Assembly (NCBI RefSeq): GCF_009914755.1
Contig: NC_060928.1
Strand: one strand, 5' to 3'
Length of the DNA stretch: 64,000 nt
Origin: the human T2T-CHM13v2.0 reference genome, Homo sapiens
The position numbers and the translations under genes were made by a program. This document shows, one piece after another, positions 1 through 14,779 of the stretch (positions within the stretch are counted from its first letter, which is position 1; every line of letters starts with the position of its first letter). Below the pieces are notes generated by a model. That model had not been told where the DNA came from, searched no databases, and saw only the letters and a program-made list of their open reading frames with translations.

Positions 1-97
1 AGTTCTTGTTAGCACAGTACTGCAAAGAGAAAGAGCCAGTAAATCTGGCACAGCTGACTTGCATTTCCTCAGGGTACCAATCATGGCCTATGACTCC

Positions 98-487
98 CTT
101 TTTTTTCTAAATTTTTAAAACTGACAAATAATAATTGTACATATTTACAGGGTGCATAGTGATGTTGTGGTCTATACAATGTATAGTGATCAGATCAGGG
201 TAATCAGCCTATCTATCATCTTAAACATTTATAATTTCTTTGTGTTTCAAACATTCAATATCCCCATTCTAGCTATTTTAAACTATTATTAACTTGTAGG
301 ATGTAGTCATCCTACAAGTGCTGTAGAACACTAGAACTTACTCTTATCTAGCTGTAATTTTGTTTCCTTTAACAAATCTCTCTGTCCTCTCTTTCCGCCT
401 ACCCTTCCCAGCCTCTAGTATTCTCTGTTGTACTTTTTACTTCTGTGGGATCAACTTTTTTAACTTCCACATATGAGTAAGAACGTG
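98..487 (-). mobile_element. L1MA-type LINE-1 3' UTR fragment
   Basis: T-rich start, then aataattgtacatattta...tgatcagatcagggtaat...ttccacatatgagtaagaac, typical of an antisense L1MA 3' end. Confidence 0.75.
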
Positions 488-826
488 ACCTTCTGACATG
501 GAGACTGTGTGAGTGTGCAATGTCAGTCCATTTTTTGAAATCCATTTTTTTAGTAAAGCTTATTTTCCTAGGTTAAAACATAAATTAAATAGAAGTTGTA
601 ACATTCCTTCCTATACTCCCAAAAGGATTGTTTTTTGCATATATTCCACTTTGGAAGCCACTGATTTTGAGGATGTTTGCAGAAACCTTATTGATTAGGG
701 GATGAGGCACCTGAGTTGGGAATAGTAGTGTTCCGTGCTTGTCCTCTCTTCTAGGTAAATATGGAATAGACCTAGTTAGGATGGCTGACCTGCATGCCTA
801 TGTGGAAATTTGAAGTATCATTCTTT

Positions 827-1114
827 TTTTTTTTTTTTTTTTTCTGAGACAGAGTCTTGCTCTTTCACCCAGGCTGGAGCGTGGTGGCACCATCTCAGCT
901 CACTGCAATCATCGCCTCTCAGGTTCAAGTGATCCTTATTCCTCAGCCTCCTGTGTAGCTGGGATTACATGCATGCACCATCACACCCAGCTAATTGTTG
1001 TATTTTTTAGTGGAGACAAGGTTTCGATGGTCTTGCACTCCTGGCCTCAAGTGATTCACCCACCTTGACCTCCCAAAGTGCTGGGATTACAAGTGTGAGC
1101 CGCCATGCCCGGCG
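827..1114 (-). mobile_element. Alu (old, AluJ/S-like) with small internal deletion
   Basis: poly-T + gagacagagtcttgctc...cccaaagtgctgggattaca...gcccggc; TSD core tatcattcttt at 816-826 and 1120-1130. Confidence 0.95.
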
Positions 1115-1494
1115 TGAGCTATCATTCTTTATAATGGACTTTGCAGAACAATCCTGTAAGGAAAATACATTCTTATTGGGAAGGAGTGCTCCAGACTCTT
1201 GAACCCCATCTATTTACCACTGCCCAAAGCACAGAATAAAAGCCATCTTAGGGGTTTCAACAAATCCTGTCATAAAAGTCCACTTAGATCACATAAAAAA
1301 AAAAAACTTTATTACTGGTTGCATAATGAGGGAGTGTCATGGTCTTGTCTAAAAGAAGCAGGAATCTCCAAGCAATCTACCAACAGCAGAGATCACATGC
1401 AGATATGTCAAAAAAAGATGTTAGCCTAGCATGTTCCAGAGAAACTTCTTAGAAGCAGACTATCTGGACAATTTAAGAAGAATTATATAGGAGT

Positions 1495-1590
1495 TATTTT
1501 CCTTATCGGTAAAATGGATGTAACAATAGTACTTGTCACATATAATTTTTCTGAGTATTACATGAGATAATTTAAATGAAGCTTTGGCTT
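1495..1590 (+). mobile_element. MIR fragment
   Basis: ccttatcggtaaaatggatgtaacaatagtac...tgagataat resembles the MIR core/3' part. Confidence 0.55.
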
Positions 1591-1779
1591 AATGCTAATA
1601 TGTTATTGTTATTGTTTTATTATTATATTGTTACTGTTGTTGTTAATAAGACAGCTTTTCACCACTTTTCCACGCACCTTTCCTGGGTTGGTACATGTTT
1701 AGTTTAGCATAACTAAAGGAGGCTTTAGATAATACAACTTAAGGCACAGATGAGATAGAAACTCTTATAACATATATAA

Positions 1780-1980
1780 TAATGATAGCCAACATTATTA
1801 ACCACATACTATCTGCCAGGCACATTTCTATGTGCTTTACAAGAATCATTTTATTTAATCCCTCATTAGCTCAAGAGTTAGATACTACTATTACCTGAAT
1901 TAAGTTACAGAAGGAAGTTGAATAATTTAGCTAAGGTCACCCAGCTAGGAGAACTGGAGTCAAATCCAAGCAATCTAGAT
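1780..1980 (-). mobile_element. MIR fragment
   Basis: atagccaacatt...tgccaggcac...ctaaggtcacccagctag...caaatccaagcaatct, antisense MIR. Confidence 0.65.
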
Positions 1981-3381
1981 GGTACCAGAATATGAATCCT
2001 GAAAGCATCAAAGATCTGACTATATTTTAGATAACTCTAATTTGAGGCAAACTATAGTGGGTCCTTAATATTCCTCCATCCTTGCTATGTAACTCCTGAG
2101 ACCCATTCAGCAATGGAAACCAATGGAGCTGAATGGCTGGAAAGTCACAGAATTGGAACAAGGAAAATAATCCAAAAGTGGAAGAAAAGAGTCCAAAACT
2201 GGAGGAAAAGAAACAAGAGGTAGGATCCAGGGTGCAATACTGGCTCATCTGGCTAAGAGTGGATGGCCAAAAGGGGTACCCTGACTAGGGCTGCAAAAAC
2301 AGGAATTTTTTAAAAATTTTGTGCTTAAAAGATCTTGTCAATTTTCTACTTAAAAGATCTTCAGTGAACTAAGAGGAGGCATTAAACAAATATTCTGGCC
2401 AAGGGATAGAATGGCATTTGAAATAGCCTACTCTTTGTCCTGCCAATTTTATTGATAGCTCAGACAAAAGGAAATGAGAATATGCAATACAGCAGGAATG
2501 TAAAAAGATGACAAATTTGAGAGACATTTTAAAAATGTGTTGAGATGTGTTTGGTTGTACTCTGAAGAACAGCCTGGGTTTTGGGGGATCATGGTGTGGA
2601 GCTGTTATACATGGAGATGATATAGATAAGTTTGTGGCATTCGATTCATTTTCCTTCAAGTGGTTTTAGGCCAGGCAAAAAAAAAAAATTTTTTTTGAGG
2701 TAATAGCTAATAAAATGACACATTGAGGAAGAAGAGGCAGTGAAGGAAACTCAGAAGAAATGGAAAAGTAGGAGGCAAATTGTGAGAGGAATGTCAGAAC
2801 CTATTTAGTGAATTTGGATTAGGTAGAAAAATACTATTTTAGTAGTTTAGTAAATAATTCAGCACAAATAAGAATGACTGAGGAAGAGTCACAGATTTTG
2901 TACTTGAAAGATTTTTGGTGAACTAAGAGGAGACAATTTGGGTCACACGGTAGGGTATAAAAGTCTTTTACAAGGAGTTTGGAAGTAAGGCTAAGAAGAT
3001 AGAAGTAAAAGGTTTGCAAGAGAAATGGAGAGTGGAGAAACCACATAAGCAATTGCTGGATCTTGGGAATTTTATGTTTAGGATATTTAGAGGAAAGAGA
3101 GCAAAAGAAATATAAATACTGAAGTTGAAAGTTGGAAAGGCCTAACTAATAGAGCCAGACACCTGAGGCCACAGAAAGCAATGGCATCAAGGACCCAAGT
3201 AGAGAATAAACAGAAGAGACAATTCCCTCTTAGAAATTGAAAACAAGGAAGAAGGGAGATGTGAGGATGCAGATAAATTCTCATTTTTTCTTGAAATGCA
3301 AGTAAAGAATAATCTTTAGCTTCTCAGTGGAGGAGGAGGTGAGATAGGGAAGTGGAGGAAGGGAAAGATAATGTCACATAA

Positions 3382-3701
<320 letters not shown>

Positions 3702-3787
3702 AAGAGTTGGAAAGATTTTTAAAGCAGCCATTATGAGGAGTGGGATGATAAGTCAATGAAGGAGAAATAAATGGATATTTGTTTTCC

Positions 3788-4500
3788 TAAATAGATATTT
3801 ATTGAGTACTATTTATCTTACAGTGCGGTGCTGTATGGATGCAAGAGGAAAAATCTAGCTGGGAATCTAGTTGGGGAATTATTACACAAAAATAGCTGCA
3901 CATAAGAAGGTACAGGATGAGAAACAATTGAATGTATGCAGTAATTGCCAAACAAATTCAAAGATAGCAAAAGAAATATTCTTGGAGGATGTAAAACTTG
4001 AAGAGTTATAAACATTTTCCACAGTGTTAGGTATAGTATATGTTATAAACATTTTGAAGAGTACTTAGAACTTGAAGAGTGCTTAGAACTTAGGCAGGCA
4101 AAGATGGGTGTCAATTAGAGGTTTAACGGAGATGATTAAAGTCCAGTCTGGACCATAAAGTAAAGGTGGGGATAAAAACCTTTATAGGTATAGATGTGTA
4201 GAGAGAGGACGTCACAGGCACAGAACTTAAAAATCTATGGGACAAAATATGGAAGCATCAAATTAGCTCACTTTTCCCCAGGACAGAGTCTTCATGTGAT
4301 CAGATTACATCTGGGTTCTTTTTCTAGAGAGCCTTGTGTGACAGGCTAAAAGTTTGGACTTTTCTCAGGAGACGTTAGAGAGACACTAAAAGTTTTTATA
4401 GAATTATATTGGGGACAATATAAAGTTGTGTTTTAGTAACGTTACTGTAGCACAGGTGAAGTACAGATTGGAAAGCTATAGTGACAGTCCAGGTCGAGGC
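3788..4500 (-). mobile_element. L2 fragment (degenerate)
   Basis: atatttattgagtacta antisense L2 tail; gccttgtgtgacaggctaaaagtttggactttt matches the L2 body. Confidence 0.5.
4054..4089. repeat. 2 x 18-bp tandem repeat
   Basis: ttgaagagtacttagaac / ttgaagagtgcttagaac. Confidence 0.85.
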
Positions 4501-6185
4501 ACTTAAGACTTCACTATTTTAATTATCTTCACTATTTAAATTCCAGTAAGTGCTATAATTGCCAGGAAAATCTCTGGTTTTGCCTCATTATCATAGATTC
4601 ATTAATTTCACCTTTTTATCCATCTTCCATATCTGATGATTTTTAGTCCTTTAATTCTGCCAAATTTTCAGTCTTCTCTTTAGCTCCGGTCCTTTCTTGA
4701 CCTCCTCTGTTTTTCTGTGCTCTTTTTTTGTATGAACTTTTCCTGTTTTCTGTTCTGAATTTATTCAGAGTAGACCTGCACACTTCAGCTTCACAATAGG
4801 GAATTCCAATAAAATGATGATGCTGTGTGTCATTCATTTCCTAATGTTACTGATATATTCCATAATATTTGCTAAGCTTTAATGGTTATTAATGTTTTAT
4901 GCTATCCTATTACATAAGCTCAATAAGATTTCTGATTTTTTTGGTATTATGACTAACCGGTGAGCATATTAAATTCAGTGTGGTTGTATTTGTGAGTGGA
5001 AGATAAGGATAGTAGCACTTGTAACCCTATAAGTTTCTTACCATTTTACTAAGTTTTCACTCAATTTTAATTAAATTTGAAAGTCTTTAAAATTAAGGTC
5101 AGAAACTTATGTATTAGTTTGATCTTGGTGCTTTTCTTAAAATATCAAAATATTAGTGCTTATTTCTATCTGGATAAATTGTTTTTCTATTTAATTATCT
5201 ATTTCTGCCATCTCTTGTAGTGACTTAGTTTCCAAAAATGGTGAATATTAAAATATATAAGGTGAAAATATATAAGAGATGAAGAATGAATAGAAAGAAA
5301 TCTAGGTTCTGGAATATGGCTATATTTACACAAACATAGTATGTTTCTGAAACCATTTAATCTATAACAACCTTCCTTTAAAAGCATCATTATAGCAGTT
5401 TCTTGAAAGTATCTTGAAATTATTTTTATGTTACTTAAAAAAAAGTTACTTAAGGCTTTAGAAAGTAGAAATTCTGAGTAATTAATGCTTAATGCAAATT
5501 TTACTGAAGGCAATAAGAAAGCATCAAGTAAAATTGACTTTTTAATTATAAATGAAATATTTTATTAATGATTCAGTCCTGCACTTCTGCTTGAACACTT
5601 CTACTTGAAAGTTTTTTCTTCCTTTTTTCCTCAGTGAAAGAGGACAATTGAACTTGGTTTTAACTCAAGAGTTCAAGAAGGGGTGAAAAAAATGAATAGA
5701 AGGAAGTCTTCATTCTGGAAAGGGACTCATTTTGAAGTTCAACTAGAACAGGCTGTTTTACAATTTTGAATAGAAAATTATATCTTCATAATCATCTTGA
5801 TTATTTGATTTACAGTGTAAAAAAGCATAATGTTTCTTACAGTCCATAAATAACCACTTTTTTCAAGCATGACAGATTAAGTGAAAACAAAGGGAGTGAA
5901 CAAAAATGGGAGGGGGTCATGAATCTATCTGCCCTGAGGAAGAGGGCAGTACTTTTGGGGAGTGCAATTTACATGAGCATCTGGGTCTTTTGTCATGTTT
6001 TGGATGGATGACCTGAGTCTGATATATTGGTGAATAGCATTAACAAAGGTCTGGTTGTCAAAGGCTAGGAAGAAAAATGCAATTAGCCACAGCAATGAGG
6101 TGATGTCTATGTTTGGGGAAAAAGAACCAATACCTAAATGGCAATGGAAAACACTGGAATGATACCATTAGCAAAAGGCCAGATT

Positions 6186-6212
6186 TGTGTGTGTGTGTGT
6201 GTGTGTGTGTGT
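6186..6212. repeat. (TG)n microsatellite
   Basis: about 13 TG units. Confidence 0.95.
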
Positions 6213-7978
6213 ACCTATTATGTAGTCATCTTCACTCAGTGGGATATGGCAAAAAAACTCATTTCTTTGTCAATGTTTGACTTATGTAATGAGAACAAAT
6301 ATGTATCTGTTACTAAAGAAAAGACCTGGTGAGCTCAATGAATTTGTAACTCATAACACACTAATTTCACCAACCTAACATTTGTAATTCTGTTTGTTTC
6401 TATTTAAAGAAAATTAGAATTAAATAAAGAGCATTGGAAGCTGAAAGAAGTTTGCTCTTTTTTCAGTCTCATTTTTTTTTTTTCTATAAACCATGCTATC
6501 CAGCGTAGAGAACCATATCTAATCTCCCAATTAGGTCAGGCCCCAGGATAATCAATCTCCTTAACAGCAGATGCCTTGTTTTAGCAAATGAATGCTTGAT
6601 TTCAAAAGAAGTTTTGTGTTGAGAGAAGACTGCAGTTGGCATGGGTGATTAGAACTCTTTTAAACCCTATAAAAAGCTTCTGTAGATTGTTTTATGCCCA
6701 CACTTTGTGAACTGAAGTAAATGCTGTATATATTTATCTTCAAATGAACATGGTGGGGACTTAATACAGTCTGTGAGAACATCTATATGCATATAAATGG
6801 AACTATTTACAGTCTAAAATATTTATGTCCATTTGAATTAAACTATGCTTTTGATAAAATCTAAAATGAATTTATATATTTTGAGTAGGTGCTTTCATGT
6901 TTATTCAGTATGCTCCTTAATAACAATAACTTAATTATTACAGTAGCATTGTTTGAACTGAAAATATAATGACAAGTTCATATGATTCTCATATTTGTTG
7001 TTTGGATTACCTTTACATTAGTTTATAAGTGCGTTTCTTCCTATCTGATGCCTGTTCTGTTCATACTTGCAATTTGTGTTAATGGGCAGTGTGTGAGATA
7101 ACTCTGAAACCAGAAAAAAAATATAAAATTAAATGTTATAAACAATGTATATTAAGTCAAAATAATAGATTGACTTTAATTTGCTCGAATCTCATTTGAT
7201 CTAAGATAAATTGAAATATAATGAAATAATTTTCAATATAGTATAACTTAAAACAAAAACCCTAAGCCTCAATAAATTATTTTAGGTAATCGTTGTTCAG
7301 AATCTGATTGCTGGAACTTGTCAGTGATACCTGAATACATAAAACACTTCAGGAGGCTACATAAATACCTATTTCCTTTTTTAGGAGAGCAGATTACATT
7401 ATCAAAAGCACCAAGTTGAAACATTTGCAAGGTAGGTGAGAAAAAAAGCATTCGTCAGCATATTTTGGATTTTATCATTTTGACTTTATTGCCTATGGTC
7501 AGTTCTGCCAGTTTTTGTCTCCTTCTAAAAATTGTTTCAATCTGCTGAATCTATGGAAATTTAATATTTTCCATAGTGAAGGCTGATAAGACATCTGAGG
7601 AAGAATTAAAAACAGATGATCTCTAATTTAAGAAACATTTGATGCTAATTACTTCTTACCTTTTCACACAACTTAAATATTGGTTAATATATAGGATTAC
7701 ATTACTTTTTAAGTGAGATTTTAAAGCTAAATTGATAAAGTAGAGATCTAGTGAGATAATTAGATGTTCATACAAGATTTGAAAAATACAGACATTCTTA
7801 GTCACACAAAAATACCAAAAAGCATTGTGATAATTCACTTTTTCTTATTCTAATTTGTAACAGCATTTTAATATGGTCAGTAGAATGGCTTCAGCATATT
7901 TACAATCTTAAAGTTTTTAACTAGAAAACAGTTTGATGTATAGATCTGTTACTCAGCAACATTTTAGATTTAAAACTT

Positions 7979-8029
7979 AATTTAATTTTATAGCTAATTT
8001 AATTTTATAGCAAATTTAATTGTATAGCA
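7979..8029. repeat. 3 x 17-bp minisatellite
   Basis: aatttaattttatagct / aatttaattttatagca / aatttaattgtatagca. Confidence 0.9.
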
Positions 8030-8191
8030 TGTAAGGCAGTTTACATTTGATTTAATAAAATTAACACTTAGGCTTTTATGATAGCTTTCTAACTCAGGTA
8101 TCAGTGATTTTCAGAATGCAGAGATTTTCAAACTGAAATTTTTTTTATCATGATGCTCTTGTGGCTAAGTTTATACTTGGGTTATTTCTTC

Positions 8192-8194
<3 letters not shown>

Positions 8195-8238
<44 letters not shown>
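8195..8238. repeat. (AC)22 microsatellite
   Basis: perfect AC run. Confidence 0.97.
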
Positions 8239-8240
<2 letters not shown>

Positions 8241-8699
8241 CATAATATGAAAAAATAAAGTCTGAAAGAAAATATACAAATACATTACTATTTTTTGGAC
8301 AGTGTATAGATTTGAGTGATCTGTAGAACCTTCTTTATTGTATTATACAGGCTTAAATTTTTAATGATTACTTTATAATTCGGTAGAGTATAGCTATTTT
8401 CATTTTCAAAAACATATATATGACAATCCCAGTATAGGTGATACATTGTTTTCACAAAAATTTTATAATAAATATTGACAATAATTTTTTCCTATCCTCT
8501 TGAATCTGTAAAAACCTGCCAGAGCAAATATCCTGTTCTTTCCTTGGCATTACTAATTTGTTCATGGTATTGATATAAACCACTCAGTGGAAGTTACAGT
8601 GTAATAACTGTAAACTGCAAGGGGTATGTTATGCTTAAAGGATCCCAGGAATGATCCAAGACAAACCACAGACATGGTAAACAGAAATTATACCTCTGC

Positions 8700-9222
8700 A
8701 GGATCTTAGGACTCCTCTACACTGTTAACAATTATTGAAGACCCTTGCAAAGAACTTTGTTTATGCAGGTTATGTTGGTATTTATCATATTAGAAATTGA
8801 AACAGAAAAATTTAAAAAATATTTACTAAATCATTTAAAAACAATGAAAACATATTACATGTTAACATATGTAATATAGTTTTTCTGAAACAAAATAAAC
8901 AAATATGTATGTATACATATATAGCGAGAAGAGTGGCACTGTTTTACATTTTTGTAAATGTCTTTAATATAAGGCTTAATAGAAGACAGCTGAATTCTCT
9001 TACCTGCTTCTGCATTCAATTGGATGCAATATGGTATTTTGTTTAAAGTAAAATCTGTCTTTACACAAATATGTAATTATAGAAGGAAGGAGTATTTTAA
9101 TAACTTTTTCAGTTGATTGTGGATATTCTTTAATATTACAGTGAATCTCAACAAATGATAGTCTGTTACAGATTAGTTGCATTGTGAAATCTGAAACCAT
9201 ATAAATCAACTTTTCAGACTTT
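8700..9222. mobile_element. Charlie1-family hAT DNA transposon fragment
   Basis: attattgaagaccc...gagaagagtggcactgttttacatttttg...cttaatagaagacagctg...tgcttctgcattcaat matches recalled Charlie1a/b. Confidence 0.8.
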
Positions 9223-10099
9223 TGAACCTAGCCTGTTTCTTAAGGAAGATTTCTGAAAGGTGTCTAACTTTTGCTTTAAAAAAATAAATTGTAAAATTTA
9301 AATCATAGTAAGACAATCTCAAGCACATTCTGAAGGATATTTTAAGTTTACTTTTCATCAAAGTTACTTTATAAAATATTCAAGCACTGCTTAAGTCTCT
9401 GATCCTGATTTCTTAATGTTTAGATTAATTGAATTTAAAGTTTATTATTTATTAGATGTTCTAGCTCTTAAAGTCTTTGCTTTGTGACTTTCTGGAGGTA
9501 AGTTTTTGTATATTAATTAAGCAGATGTAAACAGCATAGGAAAAAATAAAGGTTTGATTAGTGATTTTTTGGCATGGTGCTCCACTATTCTAGATTTCTG
9601 TTAAGTACTAAAGAAAGTAATTTCCAAACAAAACCTTTGCTTGAGCTTGAGAACCGAAATACTGATTTCAAAAAAAAAATTTTTTTTGTTTCAGTGGTAA
9701 CGGTTTATTACCAGAAACTAAAGCCAAAATACACATTTTATTTTAAAGACACTCAAATAGTATGTCAGACATTGTTAAAAATAATTTAGAATGTTCTCAC
9801 GTATTGCTTTTGATGATGTTTCCTTTCTTTAGTAAACATTTGTACAAAGTGTTGCAACAATTAACTGATTATAAGAACTCTGTAAAAATGCCTTTTCTTT
9901 CAAAATTGAGGTCTGGTTATTTCCTCTACCAGACCTCTTTTTTGAATGACAAAAACAATGATGTCATTCTTTACTCATAGGTCAAATAGCAGTACTAGAG
10001 GCTGTGGCTATCTAGTACATTCAACATCCCAAGGAAACCATCCTTTGCCTTCTGCTACTGTCCCAGAAGAGATCAGGTTCCCCTATTGTGCATTCTCAT

Positions 10100-10321
10100 C
10101 TCTGCCACATTGGATTTCCCCTTGTTGCACTCAGTTTGGTTTATAATTATTTATTTGCACAATCAACTGACTAATGTCTGCCTCCCTCATTACACTGTAA
10201 ACTCTAAGAAGGAAGGGTTTGAGCCTGCTCTTTTCACCATCATATATCCAGGACCTAGGACAGTATTTGACACATAATAGGAACTCTGTAATACTTGCTG
10301 AATATCTGAATATAAATGAAT
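10100..10321 (+). mobile_element. L2 3' end
   Basis: ctgtaaactcta...ggacctaggacagtatttgacacataataggaactc...ttgctgaat...aaatgaat. Confidence 0.75.
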
Positions 10322-10419
10322 ACCACTGAGCATTTGATGGACTTTAGATTCTCCAGAATATTTCTCTGCACCTTTTATGAGTTTCTTCATCCTTCTTGAA
10401 ACTGGCTACTCTGATAAAT

Positions 10420-11799
<1,380 letters not shown>

Positions 11800-11800
<1 letters not shown>

Positions 11801-12155
11801 ATGTGACAGACCAGCAGAGTCTGTTGGTATGTGTGACCATCTTTCTCCAGTAGTCTGCATTCCTATACACTTCTTACCACATGTACATTGACTGCAGGAT
11901 TGCTGTAAGTGTTATAAATACCACTGGTAATAGCTCTTATCCAATGACAAATTCCACAACTTTTTTCTCCCTTGAGTGGGTCCCCCAGAGGTCTCTAGTG
12001 GAATTGAATCCTAGTTACACACACTGATAAATAATCTTTACCACAGCCTGTGTTGCCTTTCCTTCTTTCCTTGTCTTTTCTTTTCTACTGCTCGTTCCAG
12101 GGTCAGTTTACATCAAGTCTTAATATTAAAGTCTGCTTTTTGGGCAATTCCAATG
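11800..12155 (+). mobile_element. LTR16-like ERVL LTR (degenerate)
   Basis: gtcccccagag...ggaattgaatcctagttacacacactgataa...gtctgctttttgggcaattccaa resembles LTR16A/C. Confidence 0.55.
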
Positions 12156-12215
12156 TCACTCAGCTGCAAAATGATTCCATTCCTGACTCTTTATTCAAGT
12201 CAGTTTCTTGGCAGT

Positions 12216-12560
12216 TATATTAGTCTGTTTTTATGCTGCTGATAAAGACATACCTGATACTGAGAAGAAAAAGAGGTTTTAATGGACTCACAGTTCCACG
12301 TGGCTGGGAGCCCTTACAATAATGGCAGAAGTCAAGAAGGAGCAAGTCATGTCTTACATGGATGGCAGCAGGCAAAAAGAGAGCTTGTGCAGGGAAACTC
12401 CCCATGATAGAACCATCAGATCTCATGAGACTTATTCACTTTCATGAAAACAGCATGGGAAAGACCTGCCCCCATGATTCAATTACCTCCCACTGGTATC
12501 TCCCACAACACTTGGGAATTCAAGATGAGATTTGGGTGGGGACACAGCCAAACCATATCA
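12216..12560 (-). mobile_element. THE1 solo LTR (ERVL-MaLR)
   Basis: tattagtctg...gataaagacatacc...gggacacagccaaaccatatca; 5-bp TSD gcagt/gcaat. Confidence 0.95.
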
Positions 12561-12698
12561 GCAATGTATACTTTCTGTGTCTCTTTCTTCTCTGCCTTCT
12601 CTTAAATTTTAAAACAATGCCAATTGTGGAAAATTATAGAGAAAACAAAAACCTTCTGTGATCATAAGACTCCAGAGATAAACCTTTTCTTTAGTCTT

Positions 12699-12701
<3 letters not shown>

Positions 12702-12730
<29 letters not shown>
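12702..12730. repeat. (GT)n microsatellite
   Basis: about 14 GT units. Confidence 0.95.
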
Positions 12731-13111
12731 ACTGCAGTCATCTGACTGCTTGATAGGGACCGGGGTTTCACTTCCAAGATGGCTCACTCATGTGGTTGTT
12801 ACTGGGACCTGTTGGATCCTCACTGGCTTTGACAGGTTTCAGTTCCTTGCCACATTAGACTTTTTTCAGGACACCCTGATTATTCATACAAGATGGCAAC
12901 TGGCTTCCATCCAGGGAAGTGATTCAAGAGAAAGCAAAGAGAATATAACAGTGCCTTTTCTGACCTAACCTTCAAAGTGGCATATCATTACTTTTGCTAT
13001 ATTCTATTGGTCACACCAACCAACTCATATGCAGTGTGGAAGGGGAACATACAAAGGTGTGAATATCACAAAACAGGGATCATTGGGGTGTTTTTGAGGC
13101 TGACTTGCACA
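12731..13111 (-). mobile_element. old MLT1 LTR fragment
   Basis: cttccaagatggctcactca...tattctattggtcaca...gggatcattgggg...gaggctgacttgcaca. Confidence 0.7.
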
Positions 13112-14779
13112 GCTGATTCATAGTGCAGAGCTACTCTGGGGGTTTTTGAAGACGTTCCTTAGGGCATATTAAAATCAATATCCCTGACTCAAGACACTAC
13201 TTTTTAAATGTGCCAGGACTTGAATAGTAGACTATACCACCAGTGTTTGACTTTCTATTTTCCTATAATCCTTTTAGGAAGGTCAGTTGAATTTTTAATG
13301 AAGTAACTTGCTTATTTTGTTTCTTTTTTTATCTCATGCAGAGATAGTGCTGTTTGCTGAATCTGAGTTTTTGTCTTTGTTTGGGGCCCAGACGTGGTTT
13401 TCTAACATTCTTTTCTAGATTCTGTTCTGTCAGTCTTCTCATAATAAAAGATATAAAAGCGTTCTAGGTTGACCAAAGGTATCATACAAATCCTATTCTA
13501 CTTCATCATCCAGACAGAACCAGACTAAGTCTATCTGTTTTTTCATGGCACCATTTTAGTAGCAGCAGCAATAGAAGTAATAGTAGCTGTAGTGTAGTAG
13601 TAGTCATAGCAACATAATAGCTAATATTTATATGGTTTTAGAATGTCTTACCTTCCCTGTACTTTCTTAGAATTCTAATTTCAGAAATATTGTGGATCTC
13701 TTCCTCAGGACACAGATAATAACGGAGTCCGACTTATAGTAGCTGTGTTACCATGTAACTCACTTAATGGTACTTGAAATGTCTTACTTACGGTGGTCTT
13801 TCTTATAGTGCCCTAGTACCTATTTCCAGTCTTTCTGAATACAATCTATAGAGCACTGATAGGTATACTAAGAGCACATTTCTCCATTGCTTTCTGCATC
13901 TTGATTCCTTAGGTAGTTATTTCAGTCTGTTCTTAAATATATTGCCACTCTTTATTAGATGTCTTTGGGCATAAATCTCACTGTCTGATCTGATAATACT
14001 GATAAACCATCACTGCTTTTATCTAATAGACTCATTAAAAGTAGTAGCTGTTATACTTGGGTGCATCTCTTTTTTGCCTTTTATATCTATCTAGCCTGGC
14101 CTCTGATCATTTAATTTCCCTTTTCACCTATATCTCATCTGTTTTTTAAGAGCTCAACCTTTCTTCTAGTACTCTCTGTTTTATGATACTGTCTCCCTTT
14201 CTTTGTTATTATTCTCAAACTGCTCCTGTTCTGCTGATAAGACTCTAGCATAATTTTCAAATCTCTCCCTTTCCTTCTTAATTTCTAGAGCATCCCTGAT
14301 GTCTAGACTCAGAATAGTCTAGGAACAATGCTGTTAAATTGCTTTCTTACACATTAGGTTGCCTTATTTTCAAAGTTGTTTCTCTACCTTAAAAAAATGA
14401 TATATTCTCTTTATAATAAGAGCCTTCTCCATTTTTATTTTCTCATTGTTAAAATATATCACCATTCTCTTGGTGAAATAAAAGTTTAGGTCCTGAATAT
14501 CAAAAACTATCATGAGAATTTGTGTATCAAAGACAACTTGTGATATGGTGATGAGGGGGTATCTCTTGAAGCCGTAGACAAAGCTACATGATTCCAGAAG
14601 TGACCCCTTTCACACATTCTTCTTTGGCTGTGAATATGGTTTAAAACAGAATAAGAAGAAAAATGATTTGGAATAACTCATCTACCGCTGCTTATCAAGG
14701 GCCTACATTAAGAATGTAAAGCTAGAACTCTACACGTTAGTACTGTCGACCTTCTGGAGCTCTGTTACCTTTGGATTTT

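Noticed and set aside
4509-4542. 18-bp period duplication cttcactattt
   Set aside because: Trivial slippage duplication in AT-rich DNA
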